This document shows positions 36,802 through 47,121 of a stretch of 64,000 bases of DNA, in pieces. The notes beneath the pieces were generated by a model, which did no database searches, was not told the origin of the DNA, and saw nothing but the letters and a program-made list of their open reading frames with translations. The stretch covers positions 2,016,001 through 2,080,000 of the forward strand of contig CAXXVZ010000003.1 of the NCBI GenBank assembly GCA_963678065.2. Direction: 5' to 3'. The translations under genes were made by a program, and so were the position numbers. Source of the stretch: Treponemataceae bacterium (GTDB taxonomy: Bacteria; Spirochaetota; Spirochaetia; Treponematales; Rectinemataceae). Numbering within the stretch: the first letter of the stretch is position 1; every line of letters begins with the position of its first letter.

Positions 36802-37779
36802 CTAGAGGTTCAGGTCCATGGCGATGTCGGCGAATTTCTTGGAGAAAGCCGTCTTGTTGTCTGCGGCCCAGCCGAAATCGTAGGGAACGGTCTTGATGTT
36901 TTTGATGGGGGGAAGACCTTTCGGATCCTTGGTATCTGTCCGGACGGAGCGGCGGGCCATGGCTCCGACAAGGTATTCCTGAGCCGTCTTGGACAGGCAC
37001 CAGTCGATGAATTTTTTGCCGTTCTCAACGTTGGGGGCGCCTTTGAGGAGGGCCATTCCATCGGGAGCCGCGACTGTCCCGTCCTCGGGATAGATGATGG
37101 CCACCGGGCCGCCGCCTTCGACATAGCGGAAGGCGTTGTCTTCGAGAGTGATGCCGACGGCCTGCTCGCCATCGTTGACGAACTTGGGCACGCTGCCGGA
37201 GGAAGCGGAGATGACCATGTTCTTCATGATGCCGGCATAGATGTCGAATCCCTTATCTTTGTAGATCGAGATGACATTGCAGAGCTGCATGTAGGAGGAT
37301 CCGGACTTGTCGGCGCGCGCGGAGGAAATCAGTTTCTTGAATCGGGCATCGGTAAGGTCCGTCCACTTGCGGGGATACTTGTCCGGGCTGAGCATCTTGG
37401 TGTTGACGATGAAGACGTTCATGATGCCGGTGTAAGGGAGCCAATTGGTGCCGACCTTGAATACCGGGGCGATCTTGTCCCATTCCTTGGGCGTGTAGGG
37501 AGCGAGGATCGCGCTGTCGGCCTCGAGTTGCTCGCCGCCGATGCTCCAGATCACGTCGGCCTGAGGATTGGAGGCCTCGGCCTTGGCGCGCTTGATGATG
37601 TCGCCGGAGCCGAGCTTCACATATTCGACCTTGATTCCCGTCTCTTTTTCGAAGAGCGGGACCATAGCGTTGATGATTGTCTCCTCATGGGCCGTGTACA
37701 CGACGACCTTATTGCTTGGTGCGGCGAAGACCGTAACGGCGGCCAGAAGAAGGAAGGCTGCGATGACTGATTTCTTCAT
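36802..37779 (-). CDS. ABC substrate-binding protein (Fe3+/AfuA/thiamine-like family)
   Basis: Signal peptide, FEKETGIKV, EASNPQADV.W, YPEDGT...PDG. Confidence 0.9.
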   Translation of the reverse strand: MKKSVIAAFLLLAAVTVFAAPSNKVVVYTAHEETIINAMVPLFEKETGIKVEYVKLGSGDIIKRAKAEASNPQADVIWSIGGEQLEADSAILAPYTPKEWDKIAPVFKVGTNWLPYTGIMNVFIVNTKMLSPDKYPRKWTDLTDARFKKLISSARADKSGSSYMQLCNVISIYKDKGFDIYAGIMKNMVISASSGSVPKFVNDGEQAVGITLEDNAFRYVEGGGPVAIIYPEDGTVAAPDGMALLKGAPNVENGKKFIDWCLSKTAQEYLVGAMARRSVRTDTKDPKGLPPIKNIKTVPYDFGWAADNKTAFSKKFADIAMDLNL

Positions 37780-37864
37780 GTATTCCTCCTGAAAACGATT
37801 GATTTTGTCCGGTCGGCGGAGGGAATCGCGGCATCCGTGAAGGCCTCGGGCCGGTACACTGCCA

Positions 37865-38521
37865 CTATAACACCGTTTGAAGCTCCCGCGAAAGATTTTG
37901 CGACCTGAAATCATACTTTATCGCAGCAAAACCGAGAGCGCGCGCGGCGTCGCAATAGGCCTGGATATCGTCGACATAGAGGCATTCGGCGGCGGGCAGG
38001 CCCGAGTATTGAAGCATCCTGTTCCAGATGCGGGGATCTGGTTTCATAGCGCCGATCTTGTAGGACAGGATGTGGAGTTCCGGGATGGTTGCGAGAGTCT
38101 CGTGGTTGAAAATCCAGGTCGAGTGAAGGAAGGAAATATTCGACAGAATGAAGGTCCGCAGCCCACGCGCGTGGGCATATCGCAGGGCCTCTACGCCGTC
38201 GGGATTGGGTTCCAGGATGAGCATGAAAAGAGAGCAAAAATGCTCGTAGGTCAAGCCTGGGTATGCGTTGATCTTTTCAGACACCAGCTTGAAGTAGCCC
38301 GTTGAATCCAGTTTTCCTGTTTCAAACTCGGTCTCGAGCCTGCCGCCCCAGAGCATCTTCCCGATCGACGCCGGGTCATGAGGACAATACGCCGCGAGGG
38401 CCTCCGAAAAGGCATTCCTGTTGACGCGGCACAGAACATTGCCGAAGTCGAAAACCACTGCCTTGTACACGATTTCTCCCTTGTTGCTGCCCGAAAGCGG
38501 TTGCACCGATACGGACTTCAT
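37865..38521 (-). CDS. HAD family phosphatase
   Basis: FDFGNV, LSN, KPD.RI, YVDD. Confidence 0.9.
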   Translation of the reverse strand: MKSVSVQPLSGSNKGEIVYKAVVFDFGNVLCRVNRNAFSEALAAYCPHDPASIGKMLWGGRLETEFETGKLDSTGYFKLVSEKINAYPGLTYEHFCSLFMLILEPNPDGVEALRYAHARGLRTFILSNISFLHSTWIFNHETLATIPELHILSYKIGAMKPDPRIWNRMLQYSGLPAAECLYVDDIQAYCDAARALGFAAIKYDFRSQNLSRELQTVL

Positions 38522-39846
38522 TCCGATCTCCCCGAGGGATCCCAGACCAGCGTCTTCGAGGAAAACAGCTTCTCGATGGATGCGACATAGTCCTCCCGGC
38601 CAAAGACAGGCCTGAACTTTTCGCGGATCGACAAGGCGAGGGTGCCCCGGTTTTGCGCCAGTTCGCAGACCGCGGCGGCGAGAATGCGGGCTGGTTCGTG
38701 GTATGCCCGTTCCGGGTCGAGGGGAGCGAAATCCGGCCCGTGTATCGTGCCGCAGAACCCCGAGTACCCCAGCTGGCAGGTGGGCACGAGTGAGGCTACG
38801 TCGCCGATGTCGTCGCTGGCGAATGATTTGTCGGAAAAATCTATGGCTGCGGAGTCGAGGACGGAAGTCGCGGCCCTGCCGAGGACCTCTCCGAGGGCGG
38901 GGTCGGGTCTGAATGGCTGGTAGCCGGGCGCGTTGTCGATCCTGACGCTGGCTCCCACGGCGACAGCCCCGGCCGCGAGGGCCCGATCGACCTTGACACC
39001 TGCGTCCAGAATGGAGGCGAAGGACGCCCCTCGCACGTAGGTTTCGAGGACGGCAAGATCGGGAACGGTATTGACGGTGAGTCCCCCTGATTTCATGACG
39101 GGGTGGACCCGTATGTGGTCGTCGTCGCGGAAAGTTTCCCTCTGTGCGTGGATGGCCAGCATGGCGATGGAGGCGGCGTTCAGTGCGTTGATTCCCTTTT
39201 CCGGCCAGGCCCCCGCGTGGGCGCTTTTCCCGATAAAGGAAGCCCGCTTGGCCATAAACCCGTTGAGGGTTCCATTGACGGTGGCGACGCGCTCAGGGGA
39301 ATCGGCCATGGAATGGTATTTGAGGACGACGCAGGCATCGTCGAAAAGGCCAAGGCGGATCATCTCCTGCTTTCCGGAAAGGAAGTGGATTTTCCCTTCC
39401 GAGCGGAGGGAAAGCCTGAATTCCATCTCGAGGTATTCTTCCGCCGGCGTTCCAAGAAAGACGATCCTGACTCCTTCCTTCTCCGGTATGCCCGCGGCGG
39501 CGAGTGCGCGAAAAACGGCTGCCATGACGGTCATCTGCGCGTGATGGCCGCAGGAATGGGCCACGCCCCCCTCCACGCCAGGCGTGAGGATGGCATCCAT
39601 GTCGGCGACGAGGTATATCGCGGGCGCCCCCGCGGGTCCGAGTTCGGCCATGACTCCCGTCAGCGCAAGTCCGGTCCTGACGCGCGCCCCGCTGACCGAG
39701 AGTGCCTCGGCCAGAATCGCGGCGGTCGCGTTTTCCCGGAACCCGAGTTCGGGGTTGGCCCTGAGTCTGGATGCGAGGGCTTCCGTGCCCGCCGATTCCA
39801 AACGCAGTATCCCCTGAACTTCCTGAACCCCTCTCATGCCTGTCAT
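38518..39846 (-). CDS. M20/M40 family amidohydrolase
   Basis: NPELGF.E, DMDA, HSCGH, PAEE, GKSAHAG..P..GINAL, DIGD, H. Confidence 0.88.
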   Translation of the reverse strand: MTGMRGVQEVQGILRLESAGTEALASRLRANPELGFRENATAAILAEALSVSGARVRTGLALTGVMAELGPAGAPAIYLVADMDAILTPGVEGGVAHSCGHHAQMTVMAAVFRALAAAGIPEKEGVRIVFLGTPAEEYLEMEFRLSLRSEGKIHFLSGKQEMIRLGLFDDACVVLKYHSMADSPERVATVNGTLNGFMAKRASFIGKSAHAGAWPEKGINALNAASIAMLAIHAQRETFRDDDHIRVHPVMKSGGLTVNTVPDLAVLETYVRGASFASILDAGVKVDRALAAGAVAVGASVRIDNAPGYQPFRPDPALGEVLGRAATSVLDSAAIDFSDKSFASDDIGDVASLVPTCQLGYSGFCGTIHGPDFAPLDPERAYHEPARILAAAVCELAQNRGTLALSIREKFRPVFGREDYVASIEKLFSSKTLVWDPSGRSE

Positions 39847-40038
39847 ACTATTTCCCCTTTCCCGCGACGAAAGGTCTTCGAACCCTTTCCGTGCCGGGCA
39901 ACGGACACGCCGATCGAAACCGCCGCAGTCCGGAACTACAGCAAGCCTACACTGGTGTGTATAAATTTACAATTGACAACGACACTCGGGAATGACAACA
40001 ATGAGGCATCGCAGGAAAGGACGGACAGGAGGTCTTCC

Positions 40039-41115
40039 ATGAAACGGTCAGCAATCACGATTGCGCTCATTCTCGCGCTCTGCACGGTCATACCCGCAGC
40101 AGCCGCGGGTCCGACGAGCGTCTTCCTTCTCATCTCCGGTTCTCTCGGGGATAAGGGATTCAACGATTCCGCAAAAGCCGGCCTCGACATGATCAAGGCG
40201 AAGTACGGCAGCCAAGTCACGACCAAGTACACCGAGCTCGGAGCCGACACGGCCAAGTACGCGCCCTCCCTCGAAGACGCAGGCGCCGAAGGTTACTCCG
40301 TCGTGCTCTGCTCCAACAACTTCAACAGCGCCGTCCAGGAAATCGCTGCCCGCTACCCCAAGACCCTCTACGTCATGTACGACGGCTGGATCGCCGGAGA
40401 CATAAAGAACGTCTACTCCATCCAGTACAAGAATTCCGAAGCAGGCTACCTCGCCGGAGCGCTCGCGGGCGTCATGACCAAGGGCAAGAACGATCCCAAG
40501 CTCAACAACGCCAACATCATCGGCTTCATCGGCGGACGCGACATCACCGGCATCAACGACTTCTTCGTCGGCTACATCGCCGGTGCCCAGAAGGTCAATC
40601 CTGACGTCAAAATAGTCTACAACTACGTGAACTCCTTCACCGACACCGCGAAGGCCAAGGATCAGGCCCTCATCCAGTTCGGAACCTACAAGGCCGACGT
40701 CATCTACCACGCCGCAGGGCGCGCGGGACTCGGGCTCTTCGACGCGGCGGTCGAGACCGGCAAGTACGCCATCGGCGTCGACACCGATCAGGCTTCCCTC
40801 TTCGGGACCGAGCCTGCGAAGGCCAACCTCATCCTCTCTTCCACCATGAAGCGTGTCGACCTCACCCTCTTCAACGCTTTCGAGGGCTTCATGAAGGGCG
40901 AAAAACTCGGCGGACAGAAGGTCTACGTGGGCGTCGCGGAAGGCGTCGTCGCCTTCGCTCCCTTCAACAAAGCCGTCCCCGCCAGCCTTCAGAAGGATCT
41001 GGACAAGGTCATCGCCGAGATCAAAGCCGGCAGCGTAAAGATCCCCTCCGCCTTCTTCCTCAGTGCGGAAGAGATCAACAAGATGAGGGAATCCGTCAAC
41101 CCGAACAAGAAATAA
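40039..41115 (+). CDS. BMP family (nucleoside) ABC substrate-binding protein
   Basis: LGDKGFNDSA, EAGYLAG, IGFIGG, ADVIYHAAG, AIGVD.DQ; RBS AGGAGG. Confidence 0.93.
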   Translation: MKRSAITIALILALCTVIPAAAAGPTSVFLLISGSLGDKGFNDSAKAGLDMIKAKYGSQVTTKYTELGADTAKYAPSLEDAGAEGYSVVLCSNNFNSAVQEIAARYPKTLYVMYDGWIAGDIKNVYSIQYKNSEAGYLAGALAGVMTKGKNDPKLNNANIIGFIGGRDITGINDFFVGYIAGAQKVNPDVKIVYNYVNSFTDTAKAKDQALIQFGTYKADVIYHAAGRAGLGLFDAAVETGKYAIGVDTDQASLFGTEPAKANLILSSTMKRVDLTLFNAFEGFMKGEKLGGQKVYVGVAEGVVAFAPFNKAVPASLQKDLDKVIAEIKAGSVKIPSAFFLSAEEINKMRESVNPNKK

Positions 41116-41184
41116 CCTTACATTGCGCGCTCGTCGGAAGGTCGCAGGCACGAAGCCAGTTACCTCCCGACGAACTGCGGGCTT

Positions 41185-41213
41185 CGGGATGATTTTTCAT
41201 CCCGTTTTTTTTT
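41185..41213 (+). terminator. Intra-operon intrinsic terminator after the BMP gene
   Basis: CGGGATGA-TTTT-TCATCCCG-T9. Confidence 0.8.
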
Positions 41214-41296
41214 ATGCGGCCGCGGCCGGAATCGTGGATTCCGCCGATTTCTCCCGGCAGGGTGATTCGGATAGCCAAATCCGGAGGGTATTCCCA

Positions 41297-42856
41297 GTGG
41301 AAAACATTCTCGAGGCCATCGATCTGTGCAAGGTCTACGGCAACGGCACGGCGGCCAACAAACACGTCGATTTCTCTGTACGAATGGGCGAAATACTCGG
41401 CCTCGTGGGCGAGAACGGGGCGGGCAAGTCGACGCTCATGAAGATGCTCTACGGCGAGGAGGCTCCGACATCGGGGATCCTCAAGCTCGCCGGGAAGCCG
41501 ATATCGTTCAACTCTTCCCGCGAGGCCATAGCCGCGGGAATCGGCATGGTTCACCAGCATTTCATGCTCGTCCCTTCCCTCACCCTCGCCGAGAACCTCG
41601 TCCTCGGGAGGGAGCCGAAAAGCAAAAGATCCGGCTTCTTCGATCCCGAAGAGGCCATCCGCGTAACCGAGGGACTCTCGGCAAAATACAACCTCAAGGT
41701 CGTGGCCCGGGCCCGCGTGGTCGACGTATCGGTCTCCATGCGACAGAAGCTCGAAATCCTGAAGACCCTCTACCGCGGCGCCCGGATCCTCATACTGGAC
41801 GAGCCCACGGCTGTCCTCACTCCCCAGGAGACTGATGAACTCTTCGCGGAACTGAAAGAGCTGAAAAAACAGGGGCAGACGATCATTTTCATCAGCCACA
41901 AGCTGGGCGAGGTATTCAATCTCTGTGACCGCGTGACGGTCATGCGCGACGGCGCGATGATAGGGACACACAATGTCTCGGACGTCGACAGGCAGACAAT
42001 CTCCAACGAGATGGTCGGACGGGAAGTCCACCTCACCATTGAAAAGGAAAAAACCCGACCAGGCGAAGCTCTCCTCGTCGCGAAGGACCTCTCCTTTGTC
42101 GACGATTTCGGCATCACAATGGTTGACCATGTTTCCTTCTCGCTCCGGAAAAGGGAAATACTCGGAGTCGTCGGCGTGGACGGAAACGGACAGTCCGAAC
42201 TCGTGCGCATCCTCACTGGTTCGGCACGGACTCTCACTGGCTCCGTACGCTTGGGCGCGGTCGACCTGACCAACGCCTCGCCGAGACGAATCCGCAAGGC
42301 TGGAGTCGCCCATGTCGCAGAAGATCGCATGACCGTCGGGGCGGCCCTTCCGGCGAGCATAGAAGAAAACGTTCTGGCAGACCGCTATTCCGATCCAACC
42401 TATACCGGCCGCGGCGGCTTCCTCAAGAGAACCGACATGGCAAAAGCCGCCCGCGCCATCGTGAAACAGTTCGACATCAGATGTTCCTCGCCCCGACAGC
42501 CGGTCGCGAGTCTCTCGGGCGGCAACATGCAGAAAGTCGTCATCGGGCGCGAGTTCACCGCGAAGGCGGAGGTCCTCGTCATCTCCCAGCCGACACGCGG
42601 TGTCGACGTCGGAGCGATCGAGTTCATTCACAAGACCATCATCTCTATGCGCGATTCCGGCAAGGCTATCCTCCTCGTTTCCTCGGATCTCGGTGAGGTC
42701 ACGTCGCTTTCGGACAGCCTCGTCGTCATGAATTCGGGGCGGATCGTCGCTTATTTCCCCGACGCCTCCGCGGTCACGGACAAGGAACTCGGACTCTTCA
42801 TGCTCGGACTCAAGAATCAGGACGAAGCGGAAATCAGGAAGGTTCTCCATGAATGA
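41297..42856 (+). CDS. Nucleoside ABC transporter ATPase (NupA/YufO type)
   Basis: GENGAGKS, GMVHQHF, DEPT, LSGGNMQK, QPTRGVD; GTG start after GGAGGG. Confidence 0.94.
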   Translation: MENILEAIDLCKVYGNGTAANKHVDFSVRMGEILGLVGENGAGKSTLMKMLYGEEAPTSGILKLAGKPISFNSSREAIAAGIGMVHQHFMLVPSLTLAENLVLGREPKSKRSGFFDPEEAIRVTEGLSAKYNLKVVARARVVDVSVSMRQKLEILKTLYRGARILILDEPTAVLTPQETDELFAELKELKKQGQTIIFISHKLGEVFNLCDRVTVMRDGAMIGTHNVSDVDRQTISNEMVGREVHLTIEKEKTRPGEALLVAKDLSFVDDFGITMVDHVSFSLRKREILGVVGVDGNGQSELVRILTGSARTLTGSVRLGAVDLTNASPRRIRKAGVAHVAEDRMTVGAALPASIEENVLADRYSDPTYTGRGGFLKRTDMAKAARAIVKQFDIRCSSPRQPVASLSGGNMQKVVIGREFTAKAEVLVISQPTRGVDVGAIEFIHKTIISMRDSGKAILLVSSDLGEVTSLSDSLVVMNSGRIVAYFPDASAVTDKELGLFMLGLKNQDEAEIRKVLHE

Positions 42857-43970
42857 AACACGAAAAAAGAACGAAGCGCGGAAACCCGGCATCGCGACGG
42901 CCCTGAAACTCTTCTTCACCGACAGGGACAAACTTGAACCGGCACTGATAACCCTGCTCGCCGCCGTCTTCTCCCTTCTCGCGGGAGTCGGTCTGATATT
43001 CCTCGTGAGCAAACAGCCCGTCCAGTCGGTGCGGAATTTCCTGCTCGGCCCTTTCATGCGGACCTACAACATCTACTACATGATGATCGCGATGGTCCCT
43101 CTCACATTCACGGGGCTGGCCCTCTGCATAATCTATCAGTCGAAGCACATGTCTCTCATCGTGGACTCGAGTTTCTACATCGGGGCCGTCATAGCGACGG
43201 CGATCGGCGTGAAAATCGCGCTCCCCGCCGGCATTCATCCCGCGGTCGCGATGTTGGCAGCAGGAGTCGTGGGCGGGTTCATCGGCCTCCTCCCCGCCAT
43301 CCTGAAAATTCGCTGGCGCGCCAACGAACTCGTCTCCTCGCTCATGCTCAATTATGTGTTCTACTTTATTGGCAGCTTCGTCATCCTCTACTTCCTGCGC
43401 GACCGCAACCAGGCAATCCTCTCATCCCTTCCATTCAAGCCGACCTTCATCCTGCCCCGCCTCGTCCCCAATACGCAGCTGCACGCGGGATTCATCATCG
43501 CAGCCGTATTCGTCGTCCTCGTGTCGATATTTCTCTACCGCACGAAGTGGGGTTTTGAAATCCGGCTCATCGGCGCGAATCAGAAATTCGCCTCTTACGC
43601 GGGACTCTCCGTTTCCTCAGTCATTCTCTACTCGCACTTCGTCTCCGGCTTTCTGGGAGGCGTCGGCGGGGCCATCGAAATGGCGGGGCTCTACAAGGCC
43701 TTCATCTGGCAGATGAATCCCTCCTACGCCTGGGACGGCGTCATCGTCGCGATGCTCGCGCGCAAAAACCCCAAGTTCGTGCCGCTCTCGGCATTCTTCC
43801 TCGCCTACATGCGCGTGGGCGCCGACTTCATGTCGCGGCGCGGCGACGTGGCTTTCGAGTTCATCACACTTCTGCAGGGACTCATCATCCTCATACTCGC
43901 CTCGGACAAGATCGTGAATTATTTCAAGGCGAGAAGGCTGAAGCGCACCGCGCTCGCGGGAGGCATGTGA
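42849..43970 (+). CDS. Nucleoside ABC permease
   Basis: PL..TGL, NE.V.SLMLNY, T.WGFEIR..G.N..FA..AG. Confidence 0.9.
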   Translation: MNETRKKNEARKPGIATALKLFFTDRDKLEPALITLLAAVFSLLAGVGLIFLVSKQPVQSVRNFLLGPFMRTYNIYYMMIAMVPLTFTGLALCIIYQSKHMSLIVDSSFYIGAVIATAIGVKIALPAGIHPAVAMLAAGVVGGFIGLLPAILKIRWRANELVSSLMLNYVFYFIGSFVILYFLRDRNQAILSSLPFKPTFILPRLVPNTQLHAGFIIAAVFVVLVSIFLYRTKWGFEIRLIGANQKFASYAGLSVSSVILYSHFVSGFLGGVGGAIEMAGLYKAFIWQMNPSYAWDGVIVAMLARKNPKFVPLSAFFLAYMRVGADFMSRRGDVAFEFITLLQGLIILILASDKIVNYFKARRLKRTALAGGM

Positions 43971-44923
43971 TGCTGGAATTCATCGCGGGAGTCTTCGGCT
44001 CCTCCAATTACTGGTTCATCGTCATGCGCTCCACTGCGCCCATCCTCCTCGTAACCCTCGGCGCCGTCATCACCGAACAGGCAGGCATCAAGAACATGGC
44101 ACTGGAAGGCTCGATGCTTTGGGCGGCCCTCGTCGGCGTGCTCGCGAGCGCGGCGACGGGCAGCGCGTGGATAGGATTGATGGCGGGCATCGCCGCGGCA
44201 GTCATTATCGCCCTCGTTCTCGGAATCTTCGCCCTCAAGTTCGACGCGAACGCCGTTCTCTGCGGGGTGGCGCTCAACCTCCTCTCCACGGGCGGAACGG
44301 TCTTCACCCTGTTCGCCATCACGGGCGACAAGGGCATCTCCTCATCCCTCGCCAGCAAGACTCTGCCGATCCTCAATATTCCCTTCGTCAAGGATATCCC
44401 CTGGCTCGGTACCGTCATCTCGGGGCAGAATTTCATCGTCTACATATCGATCATCGCCGTCATCGTCATACACGTCATCCTCAATAAACTGACGATCGGA
44501 AGACGCATCAGGGCGACGGGAGAGAATCTCGAGGCCGCGCGCTCCGCTGGCATCGATCCGGACCGGATCAAATTTTTCGCGCTCGCCATTTCAGGCGTGC
44601 TCGCCGGCCTCGCGGGCTGTTTTCTGTCGATGGGATACACCTCGAATTTCACCTCGGGAATCGCGGCGGGACGAGGTTACGTCGCCAACGCCGCGCAGGT
44701 CGTCGCGGGAGGAACAGCCGTCGGCTCGATCTTCGCCGCCCTCATATTCGGCGTCACGGACGCCATGGCGACATTCCTGCAGAACATCGGTCTTCCACCG
44801 GAATTGATCCAGGCCCTGCCATACGCGGTGACCATCATCGGTTTCATCGTGGTGACCCTCATCCGGGACAAGCGCGAGGCGGCACGCAAACTCAGGCTTT
44901 TCGCGGGCAAGGAGAGACGATGA
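43967..44923 (+). CDS. Nucleoside ABC permease
   Basis: G....E.AG..N.ALEG.ML, G.RIRA.GEN..AA.SAGI, ALPY. Confidence 0.9.
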   Translation: MMLEFIAGVFGSSNYWFIVMRSTAPILLVTLGAVITEQAGIKNMALEGSMLWAALVGVLASAATGSAWIGLMAGIAAAVIIALVLGIFALKFDANAVLCGVALNLLSTGGTVFTLFAITGDKGISSSLASKTLPILNIPFVKDIPWLGTVISGQNFIVYISIIAVIVIHVILNKLTIGRRIRATGENLEAARSAGIDPDRIKFFALAISGVLAGLAGCFLSMGYTSNFTSGIAAGRGYVANAAQVVAGGTAVGSIFAALIFGVTDAMATFLQNIGLPPELIQALPYAVTIIGFIVVTLIRDKREAARKLRLFAGKERR

Positions 44924-46245
44924 CCTGCGATCTCGTCATTGAAAACGCGATCGTCCTCACCGTGGACGCGGCGTGGAGCCTCTACGAACCGGGATTTGTC
45001 GCGATTCGCGGGGATACGATAGCGGCATCCGGCCCGATGGCCGAACGCGGGGTATGGGACTCAAGCCGCGTCATCGACGGCGCGGGTATGCTTGCCATGC
45101 CCGGCTTCGTGAACACCCACACACACATCGCGATGGCCGCCTTCCGGGGCGCCTGCGAGGATGTTCCGGACAGACTGCAGAAATACATTTTCCCCCTGGA
45201 AAAGCGGCTTGTAAGCCGCGACCTCGTCCGGCTCGCGTCGAAGTTCTGCCTCGCGGAGATGGCGGGATCAGGCACGACGACCTTCGCCGATATGTATTAT
45301 TTCGAAGACGAGGTCGCCCGCGCGGCGAAAGAGGCCGGAATGCGCTGCATCCTCGGCGAAACTGTCGTGGATTTCCCCGCCCCCGACAGCGCCGAGGCCT
45401 ACGGTGGACTCGAGTACGCGCGAAACTTCATCGCCCAGTGGAAGGGCGACGAGCTCGTCACACCCTGCTTTGCTCCCCACGCTCCCTACACCGTCGACGC
45501 CGGGCACCTCAGGCTCATACGCAGTGAAGCGGAGCGACTAGGCGTTCCTGCTTTGATGCATGTGGCGGAAACCGCGCCGGAGAACGCCCGCTTCCGCTCT
45601 TCCCACGGCTCGGTTATACGATACCTCGATTCCATCGGCTTCCTGTACCCGGGACTCATCGCCGCCCACATGATCTACGTCGACGACGAAGACATCGCGA
45701 TCGCGGCCGCGCAGGACATCTCTGTCGCCCACTGTCCGGCCTCGAACGCAAAATCAGGCCGTCCCATATGCCCCGCGGCCGCTTTCATGGAAGCCGGCGT
45801 CAGACTCGGCCTCGCCACGGACGGACCGCTCTCCGGCAACGGAATGGACATGCAGGGCATCCTGGGACTCTTTCCGAAATTGCAGAAGGTCCGCGCAGGC
45901 GACCGCGAAGCGATGCCCGCCCGCGCGGCCGTCCGCGCCGCGACACTCGGCGGGGCGGAGGCTCTGGGACTCGGGAAGGTCACGGGCTCCATCGAGGCGG
46001 GGAAAAAAGCCGACATAATCCTCGTCGACACGGAGGCTTTCAACATCCAGCCCGTCTACGACTGGTACGCCACCGTCGCCTACGCGATGCGGCCGCAGAA
46101 CGTCGACACGGTAATCGTAAGTGGCCGGATCATACGGGACAGATGTGGCATGCGCGGCTTCGATGAGACTGAAACCATGAAGGCGATGCACCAGTTGGCC
46201 GCGGGATGCAGGGACGCGATCATCAAACTCCAAAGAGGAAGGTGA
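44920..46245 (+). CDS. Metal-dependent amidohydrolase (MTA/SAH deaminase-like)
   Basis: PGFVNTHTH, PHAPYT, HVAET, HCP.SN, G.ATDG, GSIE.GK.AD. Confidence 0.9.
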   Translation: MTCDLVIENAIVLTVDAAWSLYEPGFVAIRGDTIAASGPMAERGVWDSSRVIDGAGMLAMPGFVNTHTHIAMAAFRGACEDVPDRLQKYIFPLEKRLVSRDLVRLASKFCLAEMAGSGTTTFADMYYFEDEVARAAKEAGMRCILGETVVDFPAPDSAEAYGGLEYARNFIAQWKGDELVTPCFAPHAPYTVDAGHLRLIRSEAERLGVPALMHVAETAPENARFRSSHGSVIRYLDSIGFLYPGLIAAHMIYVDDEDIAIAAAQDISVAHCPASNAKSGRPICPAAAFMEAGVRLGLATDGPLSGNGMDMQGILGLFPKLQKVRAGDREAMPARAAVRAATLGGAEALGLGKVTGSIEAGKKADIILVDTEAFNIQPVYDWYATVAYAMRPQNVDTVIVSGRIIRDRCGMRGFDETETMKAMHQLAAGCRDAIIKLQRGR

Positions 46246-47045
46246 TGGAAACGAAAAACGAAAAAACGACCTCACTCGGGGCAGATGCCGCCCCGGAGAC
46301 ACAGACCATCCCGGACATCTCGACACCCCACATCGTGCCGGAAGCTCCCATCGCGGCATCCGCACTGATGCCCGGGGATCCCTTGCGCGCGAAATATATC
46401 GCCGAACGCTTTCTTGAATATCCGGAACGCTTCAATTCCGTTCGCGGCATGCTCGGCTACACAGGGACCTGGAGGGGCTTGCAGGTTTCCGTCATGGGAT
46501 CGGGCATGGGTATTCCCTCGATGGGGATCTACTCATACGAACTCTTCAGTGTCTTCGGAGTCGAATCCATCATCCGCGTCGGGACCTGCGGAGGATTCAG
46601 GGACGACATGCAGTTGGGCGACATCGTGTTCGCCCAGGGCTCGTCGACATCGTCTTCCTGGGCCGATCAGTACGGTCTCGGCGGAACGTTCTCCGCCATC
46701 CCGGACTTCACCCTCCTCGAGAGCGGAGTCGCCTGCGCCCGCGCCCTCGGCAGGCGGCATGCCGTGGGAAACACAGTCTGTCTCGACCAGTTCTCGCGAT
46801 ACCACGCAGTCGATCAGGTCTGGAAGCCATGGATCAAAATGGGCATCGTGGCCACCGACATGGAGGCCTACGCGCTGTACTGCAACGCGGCGTGGCTCGG
46901 GAAAAAAGCCCTCGCCATGTTCGCCGTCTCCGACCTCAGGCTCAAGGGCCTCCACATGGAGACTGCAGAGCGCGAGCGCTCGCTCGACTCGATGATCGAA
47001 GTCGCGCTCGAAACCCTTCGCGTCACAGACGCCCGCCGGGCATAG
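46245..47045 (+). CDS. Divergent DeoD-type nucleoside phosphorylase
   Basis: [38 protein letters not shown]. Confidence 0.88.
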   Translation: METKNEKTTSLGADAAPETQTIPDISTPHIVPEAPIAASALMPGDPLRAKYIAERFLEYPERFNSVRGMLGYTGTWRGLQVSVMGSGMGIPSMGIYSYELFSVFGVESIIRVGTCGGFRDDMQLGDIVFAQGSSTSSSWADQYGLGGTFSAIPDFTLLESGVACARALGRRHAVGNTVCLDQFSRYHAVDQVWKPWIKMGIVATDMEAYALYCNAAWLGKKALAMFAVSDLRLKGLHMETAERERSLDSMIEVALETLRVTDARRA

Positions 47046-47121
47046 ACCCGGAAAACCTGATGCCGGCGCACTCACCCTCCACGTCATCCTCCCGCTGCCG
47101 GCGATTCCTTCGGGCAATCCT

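Noticed and set aside
39103..40038. Long N-terminal extension on the BMP ORF (similar extensions on the kinase, fmt, GH2, rfbD and permease ORFs)
   Set aside because: The extensions overlap neighbouring genes; the true starts are marked by an RBS, signal peptide or conserved N-terminal motif.
41096..43057. 653-aa minus-strand ORF
   Set aside because: It is the antisense shadow of the ABC ATPase.
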